From positions 72,823,104 through 72,887,103 of the forward strand of contig NC_068988.1 of the NCBI RefSeq assembly GCF_001194135.2: a stretch of DNA of 64,000 bases. The letters run 5' to 3'. Within the stretch, counting starts at the first letter, position 1; every line of letters begins with the position of its first letter. Shown here one piece after another: positions 26,190-38,854 of the stretch. A program made the translations under genes and the position numbers. The stretch comes from Octopus bimaculoides. Lineage: Eukaryota. The notes under the pieces were generated by a model. That model was not told the DNA's origin, did no database searches, and was given only the letters and a program-made list of their open reading frames with translations.

Positions 26190-27420
26190 ATGGCTCCATC
26201 AACAAAAAGAATGAAATATGAAGCTACTTTCAGACTAAAAGTTGTTGCATTTCAGATTTCTTCAAACAAAACTGCAGCAATATAGAAGTGCAGAAGAAAT
26301 GAAAAGCTGGTACATGATTGGAAGAAAAGTAAAGCTTCCCCGAAGATGCCAAAGAAGAAATGTGTTGCAAGAATTGGCATCCATGAATAGCCTGATTTGG
26401 AAAATTACTTTGAAGGTTGGATAAATGAAAATAAAGTGGCAAAATGTGTATCATAGTAAATGTACACACACCATCAGAAAGAATAAAACTGTGGAATTGC
26501 CTGAGATAAAATCTCTTCATAGACTCGTGTTAAAACTACAATATATTTTGAAGTGAGACAAATATCATCACTGTAGTAATTCACAAGAATGACAAACACA
26601 TTTTGCCTTTCTTGAGGCTTGTCAATGCAGTACACAAGTGTCACATGTTTAAAGAAAATTTGTGCCTCAATATTGAGTGAATAAGATTCACTGATACTGA
26701 AGAAGCTTGCCAGGCTGTAGACAAAGTCAATAAATGCAATTAAAACACCATTAAATTAAAATTGCAATCTATGTATCATACTAAAGGCATATACATCATA
26801 AGAAAGCATGAAGCTGTAGAATAGGTTGAGATAAAAATCTTTGTATACTTATTGTATTAAAAGCAATATATACAGGAGCAAGGCAAACATTGTAGCAGCA
26901 GCGATTTATGAGGACAACACACACTTTATGCTTTTCTTGAGGTTTTTCAACACTGTGCACCCCCAACTGTTAATAGCATAAACAAAATTCATGCCTCAAT
27001 ATACATCAAATAAAGGATTCATTGGTATCACAGAAGCTTGCCAGGTCGTAAGCCCCAAGAAAGGCAAAACACATCTGTCATTTTCATGAGTCACTGCAGC
27101 AACAATGTTTGTCTCAATCTGATATCTATTGTCTTTTTAACACAAGTCTATAAAGAGATTTTATCTCAGACAATTTCATAGATTCATGTCTTCTCACGGT
27201 GTGTACATTAGTAGGATATATAAGTGATGATTTTAATTTAATGCTGTTTCATTTGCATTCATTGAGTTTTTGAAAACAAAGTGGTTATAGAGTCACCTAA
27301 TCTAACATACTCAAGAACTTAAGCAGGCAAAAAACACATCCAAATGAAAGCAAGTGTTTCAAGGCAACAGAAGCAGCAAAAGACAAAAATTTGCACAAAA
27401 TCCCTCTTTAGACCTTGTAG
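26190..27420 (+). mobile_element. pogo-type transposase relic (Brinker-like + CENP-B HTH) interrupted by an ~800-bp repeat insert
   Basis: MAPSTKRMKYEATFRLKVVAF (~26190), KMPKKKCVARIGIHE*PDLENYFEGWI (~26330-26425); continuation SKCFKAT-like at ~27340-27400. Confidence 0.55.
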
Positions 27421-27449
27421 AAAAAAATTACAAATTTCCAGAGATATTT

Positions 27450-29300
27450 AATTAAACTGAGAAAATAAATGACCATAATGTAATGGCTGAAACCAGTGTA
27501 GGAACAATGACATTGTTGGGAGAAAGAACAAGGGAAATGTGGTTAGTGTGAGACCCAGAGGGTGGCATATTATGCATGGTGAGAGAAGGAGCAATAAGTG
27601 AGATAGATGGGTTAATTCAATGTGACACAAGATCAGCCAAGTCTGAGGAACAAAGGCTATTGTAATAGTGATAAAAGGGGTAAAGTGAGAAAACAATGTC
27701 TGTAGGCCTGAGGCTGTGTATGCTGGTGTATATATATACGAGGCTTCTTTCAGTTTCCATGTACCAAATTCACTCACAAGACTTTGATCAGCCTAAGAGT
27801 ATAGAAGAAAATACTTGTCCAAGTGCCATGCAGTGGGACTGATCCCAAAACTATGTGGTTGGGAAGTAAGCTTCTTGACTATACAACCGAGGCCAGGAGG
27901 AAGGGGCTGTGACTATGTCCTTCCCAGACTCTCTAAGATCAGTTAGATCAACATGGTTGATGGGCCTTTTGAGCAACTGCAAGGAGATAGCTGTAGGATA
28001 AAAGGGTAAAGAGGGAATTTAAGAAGAATAACATTGTGGAGAGAAAGAACAAGGGAAATGTGTATGCATGATGAGAGAAGGAGCAATAAGTGAGCCAGAT
28101 GGGTTAATTAAATGTGACACAAGATCAGCCAAGTGTGAGGAACAAAGGCTATTGTAATAGTGATAAAAGGGGTAAAGTGAGACAACAATATGTCTGTAGG
28201 CCTGAGGTTGTGTATACTGGTGAGTGACTTCATGCCATACCATTAAGACTTTGTTTAGATGCAGTCTGCTACTATATTTGTATTATGTTTAGTAGCACTG
28301 TGTCCACTGGTATTTGATACCATCCTGAGATCATCGATATTGGTGTTGTTACTGTTCTACTTGAACAATTACAAGCTGGTGGCTGCACAAAAAACATGGG
28401 CAAAGAAGGAATTCCTGACTGACATTCTGGAAAGGAATGACTGGATGTAGTACATAGTATAGAATGACATGAATAATGAAGAAGACAGGAGTACCTGAGT
28501 GGAAGTGATCCAAGTCAACCAGTTCTGAGGATCAGAGGCCATTGTAATAACAGGAAAAGAAAAGGCAGAGACAAGAGACAGCATGTCTGTAGGCCACATG
28601 ACTTCATACCTATCAATTTAGCCATCTTTCTTTGGTGAAGTCTAGGATATATGTGTGTTGCAGCAGCACCGTTCCATCAATGGAATCAATACTCAATCAT
28701 GGGAGTCACCTGAGCCTTATAGAGGATTACTAGTTGTTGAGGGATGAAGTATTTTCTGACTGTGAAGAAGAAGGTCACTATTGAATAATTGGCAGAGTAG
28801 GAAGAGTTGTCATTTTCGGTAATGGGAAAGATTCTAGCATGATTCTGAAGATTGGGATACACCATTGGGATGAAGGAGAGAGGAGGAGAGAGAGAAGAGA
28901 GAAGGATGTTTAGCAAAGATGGGGACTAGCTCTAGAACGCACTGTTTAAGGAAGGAACCTTGTATTGGCCAGCGGGCTTGATGGTTTCAAGTGTTCAGAG
29001 GTGCTTTCATACTTAATAGTGAGCTTAATGGAGTGAAGAGGGATAGTTTTGGATAACTTTTACCAAATCTGTACATTGTGGGATTGAATGCAAAGCAGGT
29101 AGCAAATATGGAGGTTTTCTCCATGGAGGTACTAGTTACAGAAGCATTTATTGTTGAGAAATAGAAAGAAGGATATTCTGCAAAATTCGTACTTAAATAA
29201 GAGAACAAAATGACCAGCTGCAATATGGGAAACAGGAGAGCTTGTGGGCCATGGATGCTAGAAAGCAATCTCTGCATTTCAGAGGATGGTCTTCCAGGAA
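27450..29300 (-). mobile_element. CR1/L2-type LINE fragments with internal duplication and a SINE insertion
   Basis: QQLVILYKAQVTPMIEY; VSLYPFYHYYNSLCSSHLADLV present at ~27510-27715 and ~28040-28210. Confidence 0.65.
27735..27890 (-). mobile_element. SINE family A, 5' half
   Basis: Reverse of the family head. Confidence 0.75.
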
Positions 29301-29813
29301 TTACTGTAGTGGATAAAAACTTAAATTTGTAAGAGTGGGTGATTTTTTTTTCTAAGTCTTTTGAAAGTTACATAAAAAATATATACTTTCTAAATGAAAA
29401 AAGTAATTTAAAACTTTCAATAGAAACAATCTTTTTTTTAATCTAACAAAACCTAAATTATTTGGAAAAAAAAAAGTCAAAACAAAGAAGGCAGAGAGAG
29501 GTGTTATATTGCAAACAATTACACCATATGAAGGAGTGCCAGGTCTTCCTTTTTTAAATTTTAAACACATTTTGATTGGTTAAACTTGTGCAATACCCAC
29601 AAGTACTTCCCCATCCTTAATTTTACNNNNNNNNNNNNNNNNNNNNNNNNNNNNNNNNNNNNNNNNNNNNNNNNNNNNATATTGAAATATTTTTCGATTT
29701 GACATAATTTCTGTCTTCTATTCATACTTCAAATTTTAGTCTTGGAGGGACAACTTTTAAGAGTTATTTTTCAATTGATATAGCATGCAGAGGAATCAGA
29801 GACAAATCTGGTT

Positions 29814-29859
<46 letters not shown>

Positions 29860-30599
29860 TACAATAAGTGCATTATACAACATTAGTAGGTGCAGTGCAT
29901 TTGAATAGTTTAGAAGCTAGCTTCACAACCATGGGGTCCCAGATTCAATCTTGAACAGACTGCCACTTTCTATAGTCTCAGTCTGACTCATACCTTATGA
30001 GTAAAATTGGGTAAATGGAATAGAAGCCCATCAGGATTGTACCTGTGACATAAAAGTACAGCCTTGTCATACACTGTATCACACTGATTCAGTTTGAGAA
30101 TTATATTAAGGGTACAGTGTCCATAGAATACTCAGCCATTTATATGTTAATACAGGATTAGATAATTCAACTTATCAAACAACTGAATCCTCATCAAGTG
30201 ACAGAGATCCCTCACCACCACTGTATATATATATATATATATATATGAACCCATAATGTGTGTGTGTGTGTGCATAGAGGTAATAAGGTAGATAAACACA
30301 GTTAGGCTGGAGACATATTTACATGGAACACAAGATACAGATTATAAAATAATGAAAAAAATATATATTGAAAAAATTATGTAATGCCCTATCTCAACAG
30401 CTGTTTCAAGAAACCAAACTTACATAACCATATTTATAAGTGACATGTGCATAATGTCATAGGTGTGTGACCAACAAGTTCAGATAAAATTGTTAAAGTA
30501 AGTTAGGCCTCCCTTTTCAAAAAAAAAATGGCAAATGCAATCTTCTAGTAGTCTTTACAAGCATAAAGTTTTAAAGAAAAGAGGAAGGAATAGGAGTTG

Positions 30600-31450
30600 G
30601 AGGAAGCAAAGAGAGAGGGTAATTAAGAAGCAAGACAAGATAAACATATAATCTGACAAAGACCAGATTTAAAGAAAATAACATTAATAGCTGGCCAAAG
30701 AAAAAAGGTATTCAGTAAACCTAACAGAGGGATTCAGAGTAGTAATTCTCAAACAGTAAAGCAGTTAAGAATATCAGAAGCGATAGGCATAGGAAAATTA
30801 AGCATTGAGGTAAGAGTGTGGTAGCAGTGGGGAACAAAAAAGATACTGTGAGAAACAAGAATTTTAGCTAAAATGAAGAGAAATTATAATGATTGTACAT
30901 AATGGGCAAAGGCGCTATAGATTTTGTGCTTGCAAGAGATTGCATAAGAAGATCAATCAATAAAGAGGTCTCGTTCTGGCATAATATTGTGAGTGGTTCC
31001 TGGCAACCACAACCTATAGACCAAGATAAGGTATAAGGTATGCCAAGACTAGGTGATAGGGAAAGGAATTGTTTAGAGGACTTATTTGAGAAGGAGCATA
31101 GGTGAGTAAGATAGTGTCACTTGAAGTTGATAGTACCCCCTATGTAGATCCTAGCCTGGTGGCAACGCAGAGTTGTGACCAGACATTTATATACTATGTT
31201 ATAATGCAAGCAAAACCCATTTATCAAACAGTCTTTGGGGACACAACAGCAACAGGTTTTCTCACTGCCAGTGTGATTGTGCTCTGTCTATATCCCATGT
31301 CGGTCAATACAATTGTTTATCTGAGAGGTAGGAAAAGAGGTGTTAGTGTCTCAACTATGGAGGTAGGAAGGGTTTTGATAATCAAGGAGATGTAAGTTGG
31401 GCTTATGATTGTAGCCAATAGGTAGACCTAATCAATAGCAGTTGTTTTGA
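30600..31450 (-). mobile_element. Degenerate CR1/L2-type LINE fragment
   Basis: Purine-rich plus strand resembling the antisense of a LINE RT; no clean ORF. Confidence 0.4.
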
Positions 31451-31589
31451 ATAATATTTATTCCAGGACCAAGGTTATTCAGGCTATATATATGTACAGG
31501 TGTTATAATCCAACACTTGTTACATGGAAATAAAAATAAACCGAATTTTCCAGTCTTTGTTTTTAATATATCTATATCTATGTGTCTTG

Positions 31590-31735
31590 GCAGCAGTATT
31601 TTCCCCCAACACCGTTTGACAGGTGGTGTTGGTTTGTTTACATCAGTGGCTCTGGGATCGATTAATTCAACTAATACCCTTCAATGTGGTAACCCAGCAT
31701 GGCCACAGTTCAATAACTGAAACAAGTAAAAGATA
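31590..31735 (+). mobile_element. SINE family A, 3' fragment
   Basis: ggtgttggtttgtttacatc...ccagcatggccacagttcaataactgaaacaagtaaaaga. Confidence 0.6.
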
Positions 31736-32570
31736 TGGGGGGGGGGGCACAATGAGTAAGATTCACTGCATTTTTGACTTTAAGACAAAATATATTTTTT
31801 ACACATGTTCACTACTTACAAAAGCAAATGACCTTCTCTAAATTCATTAAAAACACTATGACAACCTGAACACTATTTCAGAAAATTATCTCCATTCTCT
31901 TTGAACATATAAAAGACAAATTTAGTGGGGCAAAATAAGTAAAACACAATAAGATTTTGCTCTCTCTTCAGTTCAACAGAATTATATTTGAGAAAAGACT
32001 CATACACATCGAGATCCATCTTTGATCATGGAAAAATGGCACTTGATAATGAAATTAACAAAAATTGACTAAATCTAAAAAGTTAGCATAAAATATTCTC
32101 TCTGGCTTCTGCATGATCTACAGGAGTTACTCTCTTCATGATATATTTATGCATCATGCAGTTAAAGAGAAGAAACTATTGAAATAAGTCATTACTGATT
32201 CTGCCCCAGTTTAAACATCATGTTTTGAAAATTGAAAATTATCAAATTAGACACTAGTATGGGGAAAAAATTAAATTGAAATCCAACAAAGAAAAGAATA
32301 TTGATCACTAAACACCAAAAATTATCCAAATATTTTATTAGCAAGCTCAATTATAATTGGGTCAAGGTTGAGGAAAAATGAGTTCAAAAAAAGTACCTGT
32401 CACCTGACTGTTTCAAACTCTCTCAACTTCAACAACAACAACTATGCTGACCAATTTTTACTCCCAATGATGATACGATACTTGCAAAGTAATGGTAGAG
32501 AGAAAATAATGAGAAATCAGAAACTAATCATTTTGCCATCCTACCTACCTATTGTATGTATATGTATATA

Positions 32571-32575
<5 letters not shown>

Positions 32576-32601
<26 letters not shown>

Positions 32602-33365
32602 NNNNNNNNNNNNNNNNNNNNNNNNNNNNNNNNNNNNNNNNNNNNNNNNNNNNNNNNNNNNNNNNNNNNNNNNNNNNNNNNNNNNNNNNNNNNNNNNNNN
32701 NNNNNNNNNNNNNNNNNNNNNNNNNNNNNNNNNNNNNNNNNNNNNNNNNNNNNNNNNNNNNNNNNNNNNNNNNNNNNNNNNNNNNNNNNNNNNNNNNNNN
32801 NNNNNNNNNNNNNNNNNNNNNNNNNNNNNNNNNNNNNNNNNNNNNNNNNNNNNNNNNNNNNNNNNNNNNNNNNNNNNNNNNNNNNNNNNNNNNNNNNNNN
32901 NNNNNNNNNNNNNNNNNNNNNNNNNNNNNNNNNNNNNNNNNNNNNNNNNNNNNNNNNNNNNNNNNNNNNNNNNNNNNNNNNNNNNNNNNNNNNNNNNNNN
33001 NNNNNNNNNNNNNNNNNNNNNNNNNNNNNNNNNNNNNNNNNNNNNNNNNNNNNNNNNNNNNNNNNNNNNNNNNNNNNNNNNNNNNNNNNNNNNNNNNNNN
33101 NNNNNNNNNNNNNNNNNNNNNNNNNNNNNNNNNNNNNNNNNNNNNNNNNNNNNNNNNNNNNNNNNNNNNNNNNNNNNNNNNNNNNNNNNNNNNNNNNNNN
33201 NNNNNNNNNNNNNNNNNNNNNNNNNNNNNNNNNNNNNNNNNNNNNNNNNNNNNNNNNNNNNNNNNNNNNNNNNNNNNNNNNNNNNNNNNNNNNNNNNNNN
33301 NNNNNNNNNNNNNNNNNNNNNNNNNNNNNNNNNNNNNNNNNNNNNNNNNNNNNNNNNNNNNNNNN
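32576..33365. other. (TG)n microsatellite followed by an assembly gap
   Basis: Poly-N; other gaps at ~16195-16274, 18148-18219, 29627-29678, 34424-35099, 39645-40131, 47338-47507, 55910-56255, 58804-58903. Confidence 0.95.
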
Positions 33366-33624
33366 CATTCTACTCCATTCCCTAATATTGGATTTATTTC
33401 CACATACACAGTAATCGCTGTTGCTAACCATAAACTATAAAGCAATTTTTTCAGCTTACTGAACTTCATTACAGGAAAAATTTTCAACCTTTTATATCAA
33501 TAAACCACTATTGTCCCAGAAATTTGGTTTTTTATACCTTCTACAGACAGCTCGAAACTTACTATCTTCCTACATCTTAATCCTTGGATCTTACCTTTAC
33601 TTATACACACACACACACATATAT

Positions 33625-34110
33625 ATATAGGCATAGGCGTGGCATGTGTGAGAAAGAAATTGGCTTAGAAGGTGCAAATCCAAGTCCAATTCAGAATGTA
33701 CGAAGCATTTTCGTTGCCCCCATCCCAAAAAAGTTTAGGTGATCTGCTTGCACCCCCTGTACCCTCATTTTTGAGCCTATGTGGGATTCAGCCCCACTGT
33801 ATGCCACCTTGAGAAAATATCTGGATGTGGTAGATGAAAACAGGAAGATGCCAGCCGTAATTGTGTGTGTGTTTGTGCATATATTTCTGTGCATGTGTGT
33901 GTGCGTCTGGGCGTATGTATGTGTGTGTGTTGGACACCACTTGGCAACAGCTGTTGGTTTGTTTACATCCCCATAACTTATCAGTTCAGCAAAAAGCAGC
34001 TGATAGAATAGGTAGCTGGCTTTCTGTAACAAATAAGTACTGAGGTCTATTCATTCAATTAAAACCTTTCAAGGTGGTGCCCCATCACAAGCATAGTCTA
34101 ATGACTGAAT
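33625..34110 (+). mobile_element. SINE family A composite copy
   Basis: Head-like ataggcgtggc and 3' part gtttacatccccataactta...gtctaatgactgaatc. Confidence 0.6.
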
Positions 34111-34218
34111 CAACTGAATCAAGATATATATATATATATATATAGGTAAGTGGTAGGTTTGCCTCGATCCTTCAGGAGTAGTCTGAAGCACACCACAAAC
34201 TTCGAATATACCCTTCAA

Positions 34219-34270
34219 CACTCTGAAGAGATCGGCCAAACTACTGGCTGCATCGAAACGTACGTAAGTG
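34219..34270 (+). ncRNA. Minimal type-I hammerhead ribozyme motif
   Basis: CACT-CTGAAGA-GATCGGCCA aactac TGGCTGcATC-GAAAC-GTAC-GTA-AGTG; stem I CACT/AGTG, 9-bp stem II with one bulge. Confidence 0.82.
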
Positions 34271-35749
34271 ACTAAGACATAATATACAAAATGACTCATT
34301 ACATAACCTAAACCTCCACACTGACTCATTTCACAAGTTCCACATAATAAAACAACGGCTATCTAGTCCAACGAAAATGCTTTTTCTTGTATTTGTTGCT
34401 CCATTCTCCAAGTAAATATATATNNNNNNNNNNNNNNNNNNNNNNNNNNNNNNNNNNNNNNNNNNNNNNNNNNNNNNNNNNNNNNNNNNNNNNNNNNNNN
34501 NNNNNNNNNNNNNNNNNNNNNNNNNNNNNNNNNNNNNNNNNNNNNNNNNNNNNNNNNNNNNNNNNNNNNNNNNNNNNNNNNNNNNNNNNNNNNNNNNNNN
34601 NNNNNNNNNNNNNNNNNNNNNNNNNNNNNNNNNNNNNNNNNNNNNNNNNNNNNNNNNNNNNNNNNNNNNNNNNNNNNNNNNNNNNNNNNNNNNNNNNNNN
34701 NNNNNNNNNNNNNNNNNNNNNNNNNNNNNNNNNNNNNNNNNNNNNNNNNNNNNNNNNNNNNNNNNNNNNNNNNNNNNNNNNNNNNNNNNNNNNNNNNNNN
34801 NNNNNNNNNNNNNNNNNNNNNNNNNNNNNNNNNNNNNNNNNNNNNNNNNNNNNNNNNNNNNNNNNNNNNNNNNNNNNNNNNNNNNNNNNNNNNNNNNNNN
34901 NNNNNNNNNNNNNNNNNNNNNNNNNNNNNNNNNNNNNNNNNNNNNNNNNNNNNNNNNNNNNNNNNNNNNNNNNNNNNNNNNNNNNNNNNNNNNNNNNNNN
35001 NNNNNNNNNNNNNNNNNNNNNNNNNNNNNNNNNNNNNNNNNNNNNNNNNNNNNNNNNNNNNNNNNNNNNNNNNNNNNNNNNNNNNNNNNNNNNNNNNNNT
35101 GTTTCTGTTCATAATTTCAAAATAATTTTCAGATGAAAAAGTGTGTGATTTAAGGGAGATTTAGCTGTTGTTTTCAGCACATCCCACAACCACCAGGTAC
35201 TTTCCTCGTTTCTTTGTCACTCGGGAAAAAAAAAACATTTACTAACAGAGAAGTATGCTCTTAAAATAAATGATCTTTTTCATAACCGTTTTATGTCACT
35301 ATGAAAAAATCCCAGCACTGATCTCAGGCTCTCCGATAGCTGTGAAGATTTTAGTTGGGGGTAATAAGAATCAAAAAAGATTTTTTTTTTTTGCATAATC
35401 GTATGAATTCCCATGTACAGAACACAAATTTGCAAAGATTTTCTGTAAATTCCCAAAAATGAAAAGGTTATGAGGGGTTATATGGGATGCTTAAATAGGA
35501 ATTCCGCAAAACACCACCAGCAAGCACAGTTGGGGGCCTCTGGAGGAGTTCACTCCGAGGCAATCATATTAAACAGGTGTCCGGTTGAGGATAATTTCCT
35601 CTCATCTACTAATCTGGAAAGTTCCGTAAAGGGGACATGAGCTCTGCTCTTCCTAAATTCACACACACCTGTGTATGTGTGTGCAACACACGCATATTTC
35701 TTGTGTGTAATATATATATATATAGATAGATAGATAGATAGATAGATAG

Positions 35750-36950
35750 GCAATCTTACAGAAGCCGCATATTTCGAGGTGCCTTTTACTTTCTGGCGCA
35801 AAACTAAACAGCGCGGATTACACTTTCCAAAATAGCTAATTAATGTCGTTTGATGCTATATTCAAATATATTTCATCGTTATTTACAACTAACAAATACT
35901 GTAATGTTGTTGTAAATTTCTCACTCGAAACTATACAATCTACTGAGATATACGAAATAAAATAACACTGCATAAATATTATATGAAATTACTGAGGAAA
36001 ATAGTGACTGGGACCCGAGACATTTTATTTGATAATTATTTTTCTATAACGTGTTTTTTTTATTACCCTCAGCTCAGTATTGTTTAATGTTTTAATATGT
36101 AACATACATATATATATCCATGCATATTGTAGGAATTGGAATGTAGTCACTTCGGCAGTTTTCGAAGTCTCTAAGATGAAGTAGTAAACTGTCTATCTGT
36201 CTCTTTAAATTGTCGTATCTTTGCCTTATGTTTGTATGTTCCAAACAATTATATCATATTTGATTACTAAGAGCAATCAGTATGAAAATATAAATTGATA
36301 AGAGAAAGTCATAAGTAGAGATATTATCAGATATAAAAACAGGTGATACAATAAAAGCAATAAAAACTCGCATGCTTTGTACTTGACTTTTCCTCATCTT
36401 GCAGCACGAGACGATAGAATGTTTAAAAGATATAAAATTAATGCCTTACCTCTATCGTTGTTCTAACAAGCAAATACTCTGTATTCCTCAATATTTTTTG
36501 TTACATAACTAGGACTGTTACTAAAATTAAAACATTGATGAATAGACGTTTAGTTATGCATATCCAGCAATGTGGGATGAACACGACGCCATGTTGGAAG
36601 CGAAAACGTTCGGTGTCTGCTAATTAAATTACACCAACACAACGAGTGTTACAGCTTCATTCACAGACTAGCTTATTGATATATTGACTATATTGGCCTT
36701 TGAAATCCGGCTATAATGGGATAGTGAATACAGATTTTCTTACGTTTCTGTTGCGAAAGAAAAAAAATGTATCTCATTCCGAACAACGTTTTCTGAGAGC
36801 CAGTACGTTCTTGTACCCTTCAGCAGATTGAAATGATGTCCTTTGTGGCTGGGCAAAATGTATAACCAGTTAATGTAACTTTCTGAAATGCCTAATGGAA
36901 AACAAATGTAAAGGAACGGAGATAGGAACGAACGTTCAAGTTATAAGCTG
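35750..36950 (-). promoter_or_regulatory. Candidate GPR155 promoter / non-coding first exon
   Basis: Non-repetitive and visibly richer in CpG than its flanks; minus-strand donor GAG|GTAAGG (GT at 36449-36448); coding exon 1 begins with an acceptor. Confidence 0.3.
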
Positions 36951-37099
36951 GATATTTTACTTTCTGGATAAATTAGTCAAAGAAATTTTTAAGATGAGGA
37001 ACAGAATTCAGAGGGTTTTGGGGAGAAATAGTTGACCAAAATATTGTAGTCTGGAAAATATTGTGACCTTGTGGGAGTGATGAGGAGACAGGTGTAACG

Positions 37100-37460
37100 G
37101 GTAGGTTGGAGCAAGTGTGGTGTGGAGTTTGCTAGTTCAGAGAAGCAAAGAGTGTTTTAAAGTGGCTGAAGAGGCAGAGGAAAATAAGGTATCTGGGCTC
37201 AGTGATTGTTATAGGTTGGCGAATGATACTTCATGAATTGGCTGAATAGCCCTTCTAAATGTTGTCTAGGGTATTTATGAGTGTAGTTGTAGCAAAGGTC
37301 CCCGATATAATAGTTTCTTTGATTGCATGTGGAGCATAGGATAGCTGTCCCCAGATGTAACCTTCTTATATGCAATCTCTGATGACTACCTCTCATTACC
37401 AGGATCAGTTGCATATGTTCTCTTGTTGGTGTTAACCTTATGCTTACCACTCTCCTCCTT
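37100..37460 (-). mobile_element. Penelope-like GIY-YIG endonuclease fragment
   Basis: AILCSTCNQRNYYIGDL...RQHL...HSPTYNNH matches the PLE IxCxxCxxxYIG pattern. Confidence 0.45.
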
Positions 37461-37849
37461 TCTCAACCAAACTTGGAACCAGCTTTGAAGGAGTTGGAGA
37501 TTTTAGACAATGTTTTTTGGTCACTCAGTTACTAATCAGAAATTAAGTATTTTCGACCATCTGAAGAAGATTTGTTTGAAATATGCAGATATGGCATTGA
37601 GGGATCATTATAAGCATTTGTAGCAACTTTGAAGCCTTTTGTTAAGCATCATTCTTGTGCAGGGACAGTTGATGCAAGACTTTTTCTTTGATATGTATTG
37701 TAATTATGCTTTGGTGCTGCTGAAGAAAACTATATTGCCATGTGACCATTACATGAGGTTTTCAAGGACTGTTCATGGATGTGGTGTGTGTGCCTGGCCT
37801 GGAATGCGCATGCGTGTGTGTGTGTGTGTGTGTGTGTGCGTGTACAAAC

Positions 37850-38230
37850 AGCTATGCTTCATGATAGTGAGACATGGGCCCAGAATGCAGATGACATGCA
37901 TAGAATGGAGAGGAATGAAGCTTGTATCTTCTTATAGATGTGCAACATCAGTGTGCATGTATGACTGAAAATGTGCTGAGAGGAAAGTTACGCTCAAGCG
38001 GAATCATGTAACATGCAAGAGAGAAGACTACGATAGATTGGAACATGTGAATGAAGATAGCTGTATAAAAAAGAAGTGCCAATCACTGGAAGTGGATGGT
38101 ACCTATGGAAAAGGGAGACCTAGAAAGACATGAGATTAAGTACTAAGGGCTAATCTCAAAATGTTGAGCCTCACAGAAGAGATTTCAACAGACCAAGATG
38201 TCTGGTGATATGAAGTTCTTGAGAAGACCT
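37850..38230 (+). mobile_element. Degenerate RTE LINE 3' ORF fragment
   Basis: Resembles 43980-44390 (ggaaaagggagacctagaaagacatg). Confidence 0.6.
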
Positions 38231-38854
38231 ACCTACCTCAGAAAAACTGCATTCTCAAAGCACTGTGTATTCCACTCACATGTAACATTAATTCACATGC
38301 CCTATCCCAATGAAACAAGCTACACCTCTTATTCAAGCACTATGCTTATTTCTTTCTGCCATCTCTCTCTCTCTCTCCGTCCTCTCCCAGCCAGTTGTAT
38401 CATTGCTATCTTGTTAGCCCCCCACTATATACCCATGTTTTATCACTCACTGCATTCCCCCACTTTCCTCCCCCTCTCCCCCTTTTGCACTTCCTTGCAC
38501 TTCTTACTTACGCTGGGCAATCCTCTTTCATTCCATTTATATTCATATCCTGGTACCTTGAGAGTATGCCCTGCCACATCGCCACCATTTCTCTCACTCT
38601 GTCTTGCTCTCTCTTATTCTTGCTTTCTCTCACTCTTGCTCTCACTTTCTCTCTCTCTTTCTTTCTTTCTTTCTCTCTTTCCTTCTTTCTTTCTCTCTTT
38701 CCTTCTTTCTCTCTCTCTCTTCTACTGGGGTAACTATGTATCTCTTCTATAGCAAGACACTTGTTTCTGTCCTATCTTTAACCTCTCATCACATTACACA
38801 ATACTACTCCTCCTCTCAGTTAAGGAATCTTTATCTTGCAAGTTACTTGGTGAC

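Noticed and set aside
32368-35136. Long 250-350 aa ORFs in the track (also at 39.5-40.2, 47.2-47.6, 55.9-56.3 and 58.6-59.0 kb)
   Set aside because: They run through poly-N gaps and microsatellites; artefacts.
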